Origin: an uncultured Thermococci archaeon
Lineage (GTDB): Archaea; Methanobacteriota_B; Thermococci; Thermococcales; Thermococcaceae
DNA length: 27,371 nt
NCBI GenBank assembly: GCA_964615185.1
Contig: CAZTOS010000026.1
Span: forward strand, 1-27,371
Direction of reading: 5' to 3'
Made by a program: the position numbers and the translations under genes. Below, piece after piece: positions 19,695-27,371 of the stretch; position 1 is the first letter of the stretch, and every line of letters begins with the position of its first letter. The notes below the pieces were generated by a model. It was not told the origin of the DNA, ran no database searches, and was given only the letters and a program-made list of their open reading frames with translations.

Positions 19695-20408
19695 ATGGCA
19701 GAGATCTCAATGCTCCAGTTCGGGGTTCTCATTATATTTGGGTTGATAGCCTATATTTCCAAGGCTTTAGACAAAAAGGGCAGTGTTGTAGCTGTGTTTC
19801 TTGGCATGCTTATTCTATATTTTGGTGGGGTATATCCTTTTTTGGCACTGCTTGTTTTTGTTGTTATGGGAGTGTTTTCCACAAGATATAGGTATCCCGA
19901 AAAGCTGAGAATGGGAATTGCTCAAGAGAAAAATGGCATTAGAGGCTGGAAAAATGTTTTGGGAAATGGATTAGCAGCTGGAATGTTCATGATATTTGAG
20001 CATATCCTCCAACAGGACTTTTTATGGGTGGCCACTTTTGCTTCGATAGCTACAGCAAATGCCGATACTCTGGCAAGTGAGCTTGGAACGGTCTTGGGAA
20101 AGAAGCCAAGAATGATCACAAACTTAAAACCTGCAAAACCTGGTTCTAATGGAGCGATTTCACTTCAGGGCGAAATTTTTGCACTTGTTGGCGCCCTGGT
20201 TATTGGGGTTATTGCAACTGGAATAGCTCAATATAAATGGCAGGTACTCTTGGCTACTTTAATTGGGGGATTTATCGGATGCAACATTGATAGCATTGTA
20301 GGGGCGACTTTAGAGAACAAGGGTATCGTTGATAACAACGGTACAAATTTCATTGCAACCCTTGCTGGTGGAATAGTTGGAGCGATAATATTTTTAGCTC
20401 TTGTGTGA
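19695..20408 (+). CDS. DUF92/TIGR00297 integral membrane protein
   Basis: RGWKNVLGNG, ANADTLASELG, PGSNGAISLQG, DSIVGATLE, NFIAT. Multiple TM helices. Confidence 0.88.
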   Translation: MAEISMLQFGVLIIFGLIAYISKALDKKGSVVAVFLGMLILYFGGVYPFLALLVFVVMGVFSTRYRYPEKLRMGIAQEKNGIRGWKNVLGNGLAAGMFMIFEHILQQDFLWVATFASIATANADTLASELGTVLGKKPRMITNLKPAKPGSNGAISLQGEIFALVGALVIGVIATGIAQYKWQVLLATLIGGFIGCNIDSIVGATLENKGIVDNNGTNFIATLAGGIVGAIIFLALV

Positions 20409-20419
20409 AAATTAAAAAT

Positions 20420-20468
20420 GTGATGAAAAGGCGGATTGCTGAGAGATGATGACGACCTTAGGGGCTGA
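20420..20468 (+). ncRNA. Box C/D 2'-O-methylation guide sRNA
   Basis: C GTGATGA 20420-20426, guide AAAGGCGGATTG, D' CTGA 20439-20442, C' ATGATGA 20446-20452, guide CGACCTTAGGGG, D CTGA 20465-20468. Confidence 0.92.
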
Positions 20469-20491
20469 TTCACCATTGACCCAATTTTACA

Positions 20492-21394
20492 TTAGTTTCC
20501 AAAGATTTTCTCAATCATCCATTTCTCATCAAACTCTTTTAGATCATCATAACTTTGTCCAACGCCTACAAAGAGTATCGGTGCTCCAATTGCATGGCTT
20601 ATACTTAATGCTGCCCCCCCTCTTGCATCGGCATCAAGCTTTGTAAGAATTACCCCCTCAACCCTCACTGCCTCATTGAATTGCCTTGCCTGCTCAATTA
20701 TGGCATTTCCTGCCAAGGCATCGCCAACGAAGATTACCAAGTCGGGCTTTGTAACCCTAACAATCTTTTTCATCTCATCCATAAGGTTTCTGTTCAGCTC
20801 GTTTCTTCCAGCTGTATCAATCAAAACAACATCAATGCTTCTCGCTTTTGCATGCTGGATTGCATCGTAAGCCACAGCCGCTGGATCGGCTCCATAGCGA
20901 TGCTTGATTACCTTAACGCCAACTCTCCTTGCATGCTCCTCCACCTGTTCAATTGCCCCAGCTCTAAATGTATCGCTTGCCGCTATCACTGCACTTAAGC
21001 CATGTTTCTTAAGCCAATGAGCGAGCTTAGCTATCGTCGTTGTCTTTCCAGAGCCATTAAACCCAACAAACACTATGACAAAGGGCTTCTCTTTCTTTGA
21101 TTTTATCATCTCAAGGAGGTCGATTTTTCTCTCAGGTGTGAGAACTTCAAGAACAGCTTTCCTTACAGCGTCTTCAACAATCTTTTTCTTATCAGTCCCA
21201 ATCTTAACTTTTTGACCAACCAGCTGCTGTTTGATTTTTTCCTTTAGCTCTTCAACGACCTCTAATGCCACATCTGCCTCTAAAAGCTCCAGTTCTAAAT
21301 CCCACAGAGCCTCTTCAACATCTTTTTCCTTTATTTCAGTTTGAGCAACCTTATCAACAAATGAGCTTAACTTTTCTTTAAGCTTTCCAAACAT
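20492..21394 (-). CDS. ftsY: Signal recognition particle receptor FtsY
   Basis: [42 protein letters not shown]. Confidence 0.97.
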   Translation of the reverse strand: MFGKLKEKLSSFVDKVAQTEIKEKDVEEALWDLELELLEADVALEVVEELKEKIKQQLVGQKVKIGTDKKKIVEDAVRKAVLEVLTPERKIDLLEMIKSKKEKPFVIVFVGFNGSGKTTTIAKLAHWLKKHGLSAVIAASDTFRAGAIEQVEEHARRVGVKVIKHRYGADPAAVAYDAIQHAKARSIDVVLIDTAGRNELNRNLMDEMKKIVRVTKPDLVIFVGDALAGNAIIEQARQFNEAVRVEGVILTKLDADARGGAALSISHAIGAPILFVGVGQSYDDLKEFDEKWMIEKIFGN

Positions 21395-21479
21395 ATTTCA
21401 CCACCAGAATTGAATTGGGCAGGGGGTTTATAAGGCTTCTCAGCATAAAAACTTTAAGGTATTTAGCGAATTCAATTTC

Positions 21480-23087
21480 ATGAAAAAGCTTTCAGTTATC
21501 ATGATAATTTTACTCTTCCTACCCTTAGCTGCAGCTTTCTCTTTTGAGGAAGTTAAAACGGAAGTTATTCAAAAACTCGAAGCTCAAAGTGAATTTGAGA
21601 GTCCTGAGCTTAGCTACGCAATCTATGTCCGTTCCCTTGAGATAATAGCAGGCGCAAGGTCTGGTATTCCAGAGGGAGAGATTGTTACGAAGTATGCTGA
21701 GTGGCTGAAGTCGCTTCAAGAAGATGACGGCTCATTTCCACCTATCATAACTTTTGACGTGTCCGGTGTTCCTTTCTGCGGTGCTTATTATTATGCAGAG
21801 AGACCAAAGGGGTTTGAAGGCTTTCCCTCGTGTCTTTACGGATTCTCATTCAAGAAGTGTCCTGAGTATAGCTATATAACGACATGCTCTAAAGCCGCTT
21901 CAACGGCTCTGATTTTGTATGCGCTCTTAGATGCTGGCGAACCTAAGAATTCTCCTGTGATAAAGAAAGGAGTTCAATACCTCTTGAAAACTATGAAGAA
22001 CGGCACATACTGGACGTATGTTTATACGGTGTCTTCTTCCAAAGTGGGATTTTCGAGCTGTGAAGAGGCTGAAAAAGTGTGGGGATTCAGAGAAAAGCCC
22101 AGCTTAGTTGCCACAGCTTATACTGTCGCACTTCTCCATAGATTGGGATATAACGTATCAAAGTCCTTGCAGTGGCTAAACTCAAACCTTAAGCCTGAGA
22201 ATTTGATTAACAAAGATTATTTGGCATATCTCCTCGAAAACGAAACACCCAAATGGAAGTACAACTTTCCATTCTATCAACTTGGCTTTCCAAGCGTTCA
22301 CTTTTATCATAGAGAGCCTTTTGAAAGCTTAGTGGTTCCTCTGGTGCTCATTAAAGAAGAAGGGTTAGAGATTAATCAGAGTGCCGTTAGGTTTATGGTA
22401 TCCATTCTGAACAAAACGAGGATTTCCCCTGCTGGTGATTACACACTCCACATTTCGACAGACTTATTCTGGAACTCAAAAGAAAACTATTCTCTGAGCG
22501 TCTTATTCAAAGGAACCAACTTGAGCCAAATAGCCGAAAACGGAACCTTTTACTATCTCTTGAGCAGAAGCTTGAAGTTTAAAGCGCTTGAAAAGAATTT
22601 TACAATAAGTGGAAGCCTGAACTTCACGGTTCCAGAGGAAGTTAGTTGGGAGCCAGAGGTGAATATATTTCTTTTCAAGAGGCTCACAAACAGAAGTTAT
22701 ATGCGCGTTGACTGCGCTGAAATTCAAAAATGCGGCAAAGGATGCTACAATTTTAAGCTTTACCCACATTACGACTGGTGGAGCGACTCCATAAGACCCT
22801 CTGCAACTGCTTTGCTATGGTATTATCTTGCTGGTGAAACAAGAGCTATAGATGAGCTTTTGAGAAATTACAGCTCCCTTAAATGTGAGAGTGAGCTTGC
22901 TGGAGACTATCAAAATAGAGGTTGCACTGAGGACTACGCTATGTTGCTTCTTTTAATGGACGTTCGGAGTGGGAGCTTTGGGGGATATGGAAAACCAAGG
23001 ATAAAATTGGTGGGAGAGATTTTTGTGGTTGTTATTCTTGTGTTGTTGGTGTTGTATCTTACAAAAGAAATGAGCTGTCGGCGATAG
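21480..23087 (+). CDS. Secreted, C-terminally anchored protein with prenyltransferase/squalene-cyclase-like repeats
   Basis: Signal peptide MKKLSVIMIILLFLPLAAA. QW-like repeats WLKSLQEDDGSF and KKGVQYLLKTMKNGTYW. STALILYAL and ATAYTVALL helices. C-terminal TM helix with a basic tail. Confidence 0.7.
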   Translation: MKKLSVIMIILLFLPLAAAFSFEEVKTEVIQKLEAQSEFESPELSYAIYVRSLEIIAGARSGIPEGEIVTKYAEWLKSLQEDDGSFPPIITFDVSGVPFCGAYYYAERPKGFEGFPSCLYGFSFKKCPEYSYITTCSKAASTALILYALLDAGEPKNSPVIKKGVQYLLKTMKNGTYWTYVYTVSSSKVGFSSCEEAEKVWGFREKPSLVATAYTVALLHRLGYNVSKSLQWLNSNLKPENLINKDYLAYLLENETPKWKYNFPFYQLGFPSVHFYHREPFESLVVPLVLIKEEGLEINQSAVRFMVSILNKTRISPAGDYTLHISTDLFWNSKENYSLSVLFKGTNLSQIAENGTFYYLLSRSLKFKALEKNFTISGSLNFTVPEEVSWEPEVNIFLFKRLTNRSYMRVDCAEIQKCGKGCYNFKLYPHYDWWSDSIRPSATALLWYYLAGETRAIDELLRNYSSLKCESELAGDYQNRGCTEDYAMLLLLMDVRSGSFGGYGKPRIKLVGEIFVVVILVLLVLYLTKEMSCRR

Positions 23088-23126
23088 CTGGTATCATCAC
23101 TTCTCAGTTCCGAAACCGCTCGTCAT
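23078..23126 (-). ncRNA. Box C/D 2'-O-methylation guide sRNA (minus strand)
   Basis: C ATGACGA 23126-23120, guide GCGGTTTCGGAA, D' CTGA 23107-23104, C' GTGATGA 23100-23094, guide TACCAGCTATCG, D CCGA 23081-23078. Own promoter-like AAAGCCTTAAAAAGA at 23165-23151. Confidence 0.88.
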
Positions 23127-23166
23127 CCAGCATATAGTACTTGGATAGTATCTTTTTAAGGCTTTG

Positions 23167-23205
23167 TATAATCAAGTTGTAAAATTTTACAAAAGAGTTA
23201 TAAAT
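23167..23205 (+). promoter_or_regulatory. Tandem palindromic operator (ThiR-like) overlapping the thi operon BRE/TATA
   Basis: TATAAT-CAA-GTTGTA (23167-23181) and TACAAA-AGA-GTTATA (23188-23202) lie 21 bp apart. TATA box TTATAAA at 23198-23204. Confidence 0.55.
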
Positions 23206-23236
23206 AGTATGGGGAGAGCCTATGATGGTGGGCACT

Positions 23237-24511
23237 ATGAATGGTGGGTACGATATAAAACCGACATTTGAGAGAACCTTTACATTCTTAACGCTCTTTG
23301 CAATCTGGTTCGGTGCTGGGATAAGCATTGCAGAGTTCTGGGCTGGAGCCTTATTAACTCCAGCTCTCTCGTTAGGAGCGGCAATAGCCATAATCATCAT
23401 CGGACACCTAATTGGCAATGCAATTATGGGACTTATAGCGATTGAAGGTGAAGAAACCGGAGTTCCAACGATGGTGCTTTCAAGAGGAGCTTTGGGAATA
23501 AAAGGCTCAATCCTGCCCTCGATTCTAAACTACCTCCAGCTCATAGGCTGGACGGCAATAATGCTGATCGTCGGTGCAAATGCAATGAATGCCATCTCAA
23601 AGCACTTTGGTTTTGAAAGTTATGCTCTTTGGGTGGTTCTTCTCGGTCTCCTGGTAACTGCATGGACTTACATTGGGCCAAAGAACTGGGATAAGTTGGA
23701 AAAAGCGGCAGCAGCTTTGCTCCTTGTGCTGAGCATCTGGCTAACTTATGTAACGCTGAAGCAGTTCCCGCTTAGTGAACTACTCTCAAAGCCCGGAACG
23801 GGGGAGATAGGAACGATGTTAGCTCTTGACTTAGTTATTGCAATGCCTCTTTCATGGGCACCCCTTATAGCGGATTATTCAAGATTCGCTAAGGACAAAG
23901 GTTCAGCATTCTGGGGAACATACATAGGTTACTTTATCTCGTCATCGTTGTTTTACTTTGTTGGAGCGCTGACAAACATGGCAATAGGAGAGAGCGACCC
24001 AATTGGAATAATAGTAGCATATGGAGTTGGAATCCCTGCAATGCTAATAATAGTATTTTCCACAGTGACCACAACTTTCCTTGATGTTTATTCAGCGGCA
24101 ATAACCTATAAGAATATCTCGCCAAGAGCAGATGCAAGAAAGCAAGTTCTGCTTGTTGGAGCATTGGGGACTTTGTTGGCTTTGGTATTCCCAGTGGACC
24201 AGTATGAAAGCTTTCTCTTGCTAATTGGAGGAGCATTTGTATCCCTAACTGCAATAATGACAACCGACTATTTCCTCATCAAGAAGGGATACAACGCTGA
24301 GGAGCTCTTAGATGAAAACGGGAAGTTTGCTGGGTATAATTCGAAAGCTTTGGCAATCTGGACATTAGGATTTGTGTTCTACATGCTGCTTGCAGTTGAA
24401 GGGCTGTTTGGGATTCACATTCCAGTTTTGAGCGATATTGGCTTTAAGCTTGGCTCAAGCATTCCAACCTTCATTTTGGTGAGCGTTCTCTATTACTTGG
24501 TGGAGAGGTGA
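23237..24511 (+). CDS. cytX: NCS1-family permease, putative hydroxymethylpyrimidine transporter (CytX-like)
   Basis: IWFGAGISIAE, GVPTMVLSRGALG, LQLIGW, AMPLSWAPLIADYSRF, STVTTTFLDVYSA. About 12 TM helices. First gene of the thi operon. Alternative starts at 23222 and 23225. Confidence 0.85.
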   Translation: MNGGYDIKPTFERTFTFLTLFAIWFGAGISIAEFWAGALLTPALSLGAAIAIIIIGHLIGNAIMGLIAIEGEETGVPTMVLSRGALGIKGSILPSILNYLQLIGWTAIMLIVGANAMNAISKHFGFESYALWVVLLGLLVTAWTYIGPKNWDKLEKAAAALLLVLSIWLTYVTLKQFPLSELLSKPGTGEIGTMLALDLVIAMPLSWAPLIADYSRFAKDKGSAFWGTYIGYFISSSLFYFVGALTNMAIGESDPIGIIVAYGVGIPAMLIIVFSTVTTTFLDVYSAAITYKNISPRADARKQVLLVGALGTLLALVFPVDQYESFLLLIGGAFVSLTAIMTTDYFLIKKGYNAEELLDENGKFAGYNSKALAIWTLGFVFYMLLAVEGLFGIHIPVLSDIGFKLGSSIPTFILVSVLYYLVER

Positions 24512-24515
24512 TAAC

Positions 24516-25316
24516 ATGGAGTGGATAGCTGAAGCTTTGGAAAAAGTTAGAAAAAGAAAACCGCTTGTTCAGAACATTACAAATTTTGTAGTGATGAACA
24601 CAACCGCTAACGTTCTCTTAGCTCTTGGAGCTTCGCCCGTAATGTCACATGCCAAAGATGAGCTTGAGGATATGCTGAGAATAGCGGATTCCCTTGTGGT
24701 TAATATTGGAACCCTCGATGAGCACTGGATTGCATCAATGAAAAAAGCTGTTAAAATTGCCAGCGAGATGAAAAAGCCCATAATTCTCGACCCAGTTGGA
24801 GCTGGAGCTACTAAGCTGAGAACCGAAACAGCTCTAAAACTACTTGAGACAGGAGATATAACGATCCTTCGTGGCAATTTTGGTGAAATAGCAGCTTTGC
24901 TTGGTGAACATGGAAAAACAAGGGGTGTTGATTCGGCAGCATATGAAAAGGACAAAGCTAAAGAGCTGGCTTTTATTGCAGCAAAGGAGTTTAACACTGT
25001 TGTAGCTGTTACTGGTCCCGTTGATTATGTGAGTGATGGTAGGGAAGTTTATGCTATATATAACGGACATGAGATGCTGGGAAGAGTTACGGGGACAGGG
25101 TGCATGGTCACTGCAATAACTGGCGCTTTTGCGGCTGTTGAAGAACCTCTAAGGGCTGCTGTATCTGCATTGGTAGTCTTTGGAATCGTAGCTGAGAAGG
25201 CTTATGAGGAAGCTAAATATCCAGGAAGCTTTCATGTAAAGCTCTATGACTGGCTCTATAGAATTGATGGAGAGTTAATAAATGAACGGGCAAAGGTGAG
25301 GAAAGTTGAACCTTAG
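24516..25316 (+). CDS. thiM: Hydroxyethylthiazole kinase
   Basis: PLVQNITNFV, LGASPVM, NIGTL, LDPVGAGAT, RGNFGEI, RGVDS, VTGTGC. Confidence 0.96.
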   Translation: MEWIAEALEKVRKRKPLVQNITNFVVMNTTANVLLALGASPVMSHAKDELEDMLRIADSLVVNIGTLDEHWIASMKKAVKIASEMKKPIILDPVGAGATKLRTETALKLLETGDITILRGNFGEIAALLGEHGKTRGVDSAAYEKDKAKELAFIAAKEFNTVVAVTGPVDYVSDGREVYAIYNGHEMLGRVTGTGCMVTAITGAFAAVEEPLRAAVSALVVFGIVAEKAYEEAKYPGSFHVKLYDWLYRIDGELINERAKVRKVEP

Positions 25317-25935
25317 AAAAAGGCTTAGGCTTTATGTCATCACCGATAGAAGGCTTAGAGATGAGATAGAAACTGTGAACGCCGCACTGGAAGGAGGAGC
25401 AACTGCAATACAGATGAGGATTAAAAATGCACCAACTGGGGAGATGATCAAAGTCGGAAAAGAGCTCAGAAAGATAACAAAAGAATATGATGCATTGTTT
25501 TTTGTTGATGACAGGCTTGATGTGGCTCTGGCAGTTGATGCAGATGGCGTTCAGCTTGGTCCAGAAGACATGCCGGTCTCTATAGCCAGAGAACTTGCTC
25601 CAAACTTAATTATAGGCGCCTCGGTTTACAGTTTGGAGGAAGCTCTGAAGGCAGAAAAAGATGGTGCTGACTATCTTGGTGCGGGCTCAGTCTTTCCAAC
25701 AAAAACAAAGAAGGATGCCAGAGTTCTGGGTTTAGAAGGATTGAAGAGGATAGTTGAGTCAGTAAAAATTCCAGTTGTTGCGATAGGGGGAATAAATCAC
25801 GAAAATGTTAGAAAAGTTCTGGAAATTGGTGTTGATGGGATAGCGGTTATTTCTGCCATAGTTGGTGCTGAGGATGTGAAAAAGGCAACTGAAGAAATGA
25901 GAAAGATAATTGATAAATATCTGAGAGGTGAGTAG
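25306..25935 (+). CDS. thiE: Thiamine-phosphate synthase
   Basis: LYVITD, IQMRIK, DDRLDVALAVDADGVQLGPED, IGAS, FPTKTK, VAIGGI, AVISAI. TTG start. Confidence 0.95.
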   Translation: MNLRKRLRLYVITDRRLRDEIETVNAALEGGATAIQMRIKNAPTGEMIKVGKELRKITKEYDALFFVDDRLDVALAVDADGVQLGPEDMPVSIARELAPNLIIGASVYSLEEALKAEKDGADYLGAGSVFPTKTKKDARVLGLEGLKRIVESVKIPVVAIGGINHENVRKVLEIGVDGIAVISAIVGAEDVKKATEEMRKIIDKYLRGE

Positions 25936-25936
25936 T

Positions 25937-27295
25937 GTGAATGCCAGAAAGTATGTAAAAACCGCTCTAACGATAGCAGGGAGCGATAGTGGGGGAGGCG
26001 CTGGCATTGAAGCTGATCTTAAAACTTTTTCAGCCTTTGGAGTTCATGGCTTAGTGGCAATAACATCAGTCACAGCTCAAAACACTCAAGAGGTTAGAGC
26101 GATTTATGATGTATCTCCAGAGGTTGTGGCAAAGCAGATTGAGGCAGTTGCAGACGACATAGGAGTTGATGCAGCTAAGACAGGAATGCTGAGTAACGCT
26201 GAAATAATAAAGGCTGTCGCAAAGACTGTGAAGAGGTATGAATTCCCACTTGTAGTTGATCCAGTAATGATCGCTAAGAGTGGAGCTCCTCTTTTGAGAG
26301 AAGATGCAATGGATGCTCTTATTAAGGAAATAATCCCCCTGGCAACAGTTGTGACGCCAAATAAGCCAGAAGCTGAAAAGCTGAGCGGTATTAAAATTGA
26401 AACTCTCGAGGATACAAAAAAGGCGGCAAAGATTATTGTTGAAGAGCTGGGAGCGAAAGCGGCAGTAGTAAAAGGGGGACACCTAAACCTCGGTGAAGCT
26501 GTTGATGTGCTTTATTATGATGGGAAGTTTAGGGAATACAGGGCTCCTTTTGTTGAAGGTTGCACCCATGGGACAGGGTGCTCATTTTCAGCAGCGATAA
26601 CTGCAAACTTAGCAAAAGGGAAGGACTTAGAGGAAGCAATTGAGGTTGCAAAAGAGTTCATAACGATGGGCATCTTTTATGGTGCAAGAATTGGGAAAGG
26701 ACACTGTCCAGTTAATCAAAATGTTTGGATTGAAATCCCAGCGGAGAAATGGCGGGTCTATGAAAGCCTAACAAAAGCTGTAAGGGAGCTTGAGAGAATT
26801 GGAGACAGAATTTTGCCTCATGTACCAGAAGTAGGCATGAACTTTGTTTATGCATTACCAAGGCTTTATGCAAGAACTCCTAAGGATGTGGCTGGAGTTA
26901 AGGGGCGTATTGTAAGATTTGGAAACACGGTAAAAGCAGTTGGTAGTGTAGAATTCGGAGCATCAAGCCACATAGCAAGAGCCGTTCTAAAGTTCATGGA
27001 GCTTTATCCAGAGATTAGAAGTGCCCTTAATTTGAGGTACAGCAAAGGCTTAATTGAGAGAGCTCAAAAAATTGGATTTAAAGTTTCATTCTATGACAGA
27101 AGAGAAGAGCCAGAGGAGATAAAAGCTAAAGAAGGTGCAACAATTCCTTGGGGCATTGAAAGGGCAATAAAAAGACTAAGTGAAAGACCAGATATAATAT
27201 ATCACCTTGGTGATTGGGGAAAGGAAGCAATGGTGCTGATATTTGGGGAATCTCCAGAGGATGTGCTGAGAAAGCTTAAGATGCTTGTTGAATAA
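25937..27295 (+). CDS. thiD: Bifunctional HMP/HMP-P kinase fused to a ThiN thiamine-phosphate synthase domain (ThiDN)
   Basis: LTIAGSDSGGGAGIEADLKT, KTGML, VDPVM, TPN, KGGH, THGTGC. C-terminal ThiN with PEVGMN, GRI, FGASSHIA, DRREEP, GDWGKE. GTG 25937 follows SD GAGGTGA (ORF track start 25928). Confidence 0.94.
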   Translation: MNARKYVKTALTIAGSDSGGGAGIEADLKTFSAFGVHGLVAITSVTAQNTQEVRAIYDVSPEVVAKQIEAVADDIGVDAAKTGMLSNAEIIKAVAKTVKRYEFPLVVDPVMIAKSGAPLLREDAMDALIKEIIPLATVVTPNKPEAEKLSGIKIETLEDTKKAAKIIVEELGAKAAVVKGGHLNLGEAVDVLYYDGKFREYRAPFVEGCTHGTGCSFSAAITANLAKGKDLEEAIEVAKEFITMGIFYGARIGKGHCPVNQNVWIEIPAEKWRVYESLTKAVRELERIGDRILPHVPEVGMNFVYALPRLYARTPKDVAGVKGRIVRFGNTVKAVGSVEFGASSHIARAVLKFMELYPEIRSALNLRYSKGLIERAQKIGFKVSFYDRREEPEEIKAKEGATIPWGIERAIKRLSERPDIIYHLGDWGKEAMVLIFGESPEDVLRKLKMLVE

Positions 27296-27336
27296 TTTTC
27301 GGTTCTCGTTATTTTTTTGTTTTTGTTGTTTTTGAG
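27296..27336 (+). terminator. Oligo-T tract terminator after the thi operon
   Basis: TTTTC...TTATTTTTTTGTTTTTGTTGTTTTT directly follows the thiD stop. Confidence 0.45.
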
Positions 27337-27371
27337 TCTTTGCAGTTTTCTTTTCTGGAATATTGTCCTGA

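Noticed and set aside
22917..22937. RGCTEDY resembling the alpha-2-macroglobulin thioester GCGEQ
   Set aside because: It lacks the essential Gln and lies at the wrong end of the barrel.
23127..23236. TPP riboswitch upstream of the thi operon
   Set aside because: No riboswitch consensus on the plus strand, and the TATA box leaves only a very short leader.
27296..27371. Possible 3' end of a convergent minus-strand gene
   Set aside because: Too short and too low in complexity to assign a frame.
1..27371. CRISPR array, tRNA/rRNA, transposase, or an anti-phage interpretation of HerA and JAMM
   Set aside because: No spaced direct repeats, cloverleafs or transposase motifs were seen. HerA sits in the canonical repair operon, and JAMM lacks CBASS, E1/E2 or Ubl neighbours.

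Overview
Hyperthermophilic archaeal chromosome segment. It is Thermococcales-like, inferred from gene order, protein sequences, GGTGA-type SD sites and BRE/TATA promoters. Left to right it holds: endA-rimI (minus; endA is missing from the ORF track); the herA-mre11-rad50-nurA DNA double-strand-break repair operon; tgtA; a small degraded ORF and a processive GT2 glycosyltransferase; membrane-bound LonB carrying a 462-aa LAGLIDADG intein; a tandem-domain DUF2666-like protein; ridA; a hypothetical protein coupled to a JAMM/MPN+ protease; an SDH/ClpP-fold protease; arsR-mazG; lrp; a DUF92 membrane protein; ftsY; a secreted Cys-rich prenyltransferase-repeat protein; and a thiamine salvage operon (cytX-thiM-thiE-thiDN). 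Four box C/D methylation-guide sRNAs lie hidden in intergenic gaps, and one of them overlaps a gene's stop codon in antisense. A tandem palindromic operator covers the thi promoter. No CRISPR array, tRNA, rRNA or IS element was seen. The window is mostly conserved core genome, and I cannot support a wholly new multi-gene system. The best leads are the secreted barrel protein, the hypothetical+JAMM pair and the sRNAs.
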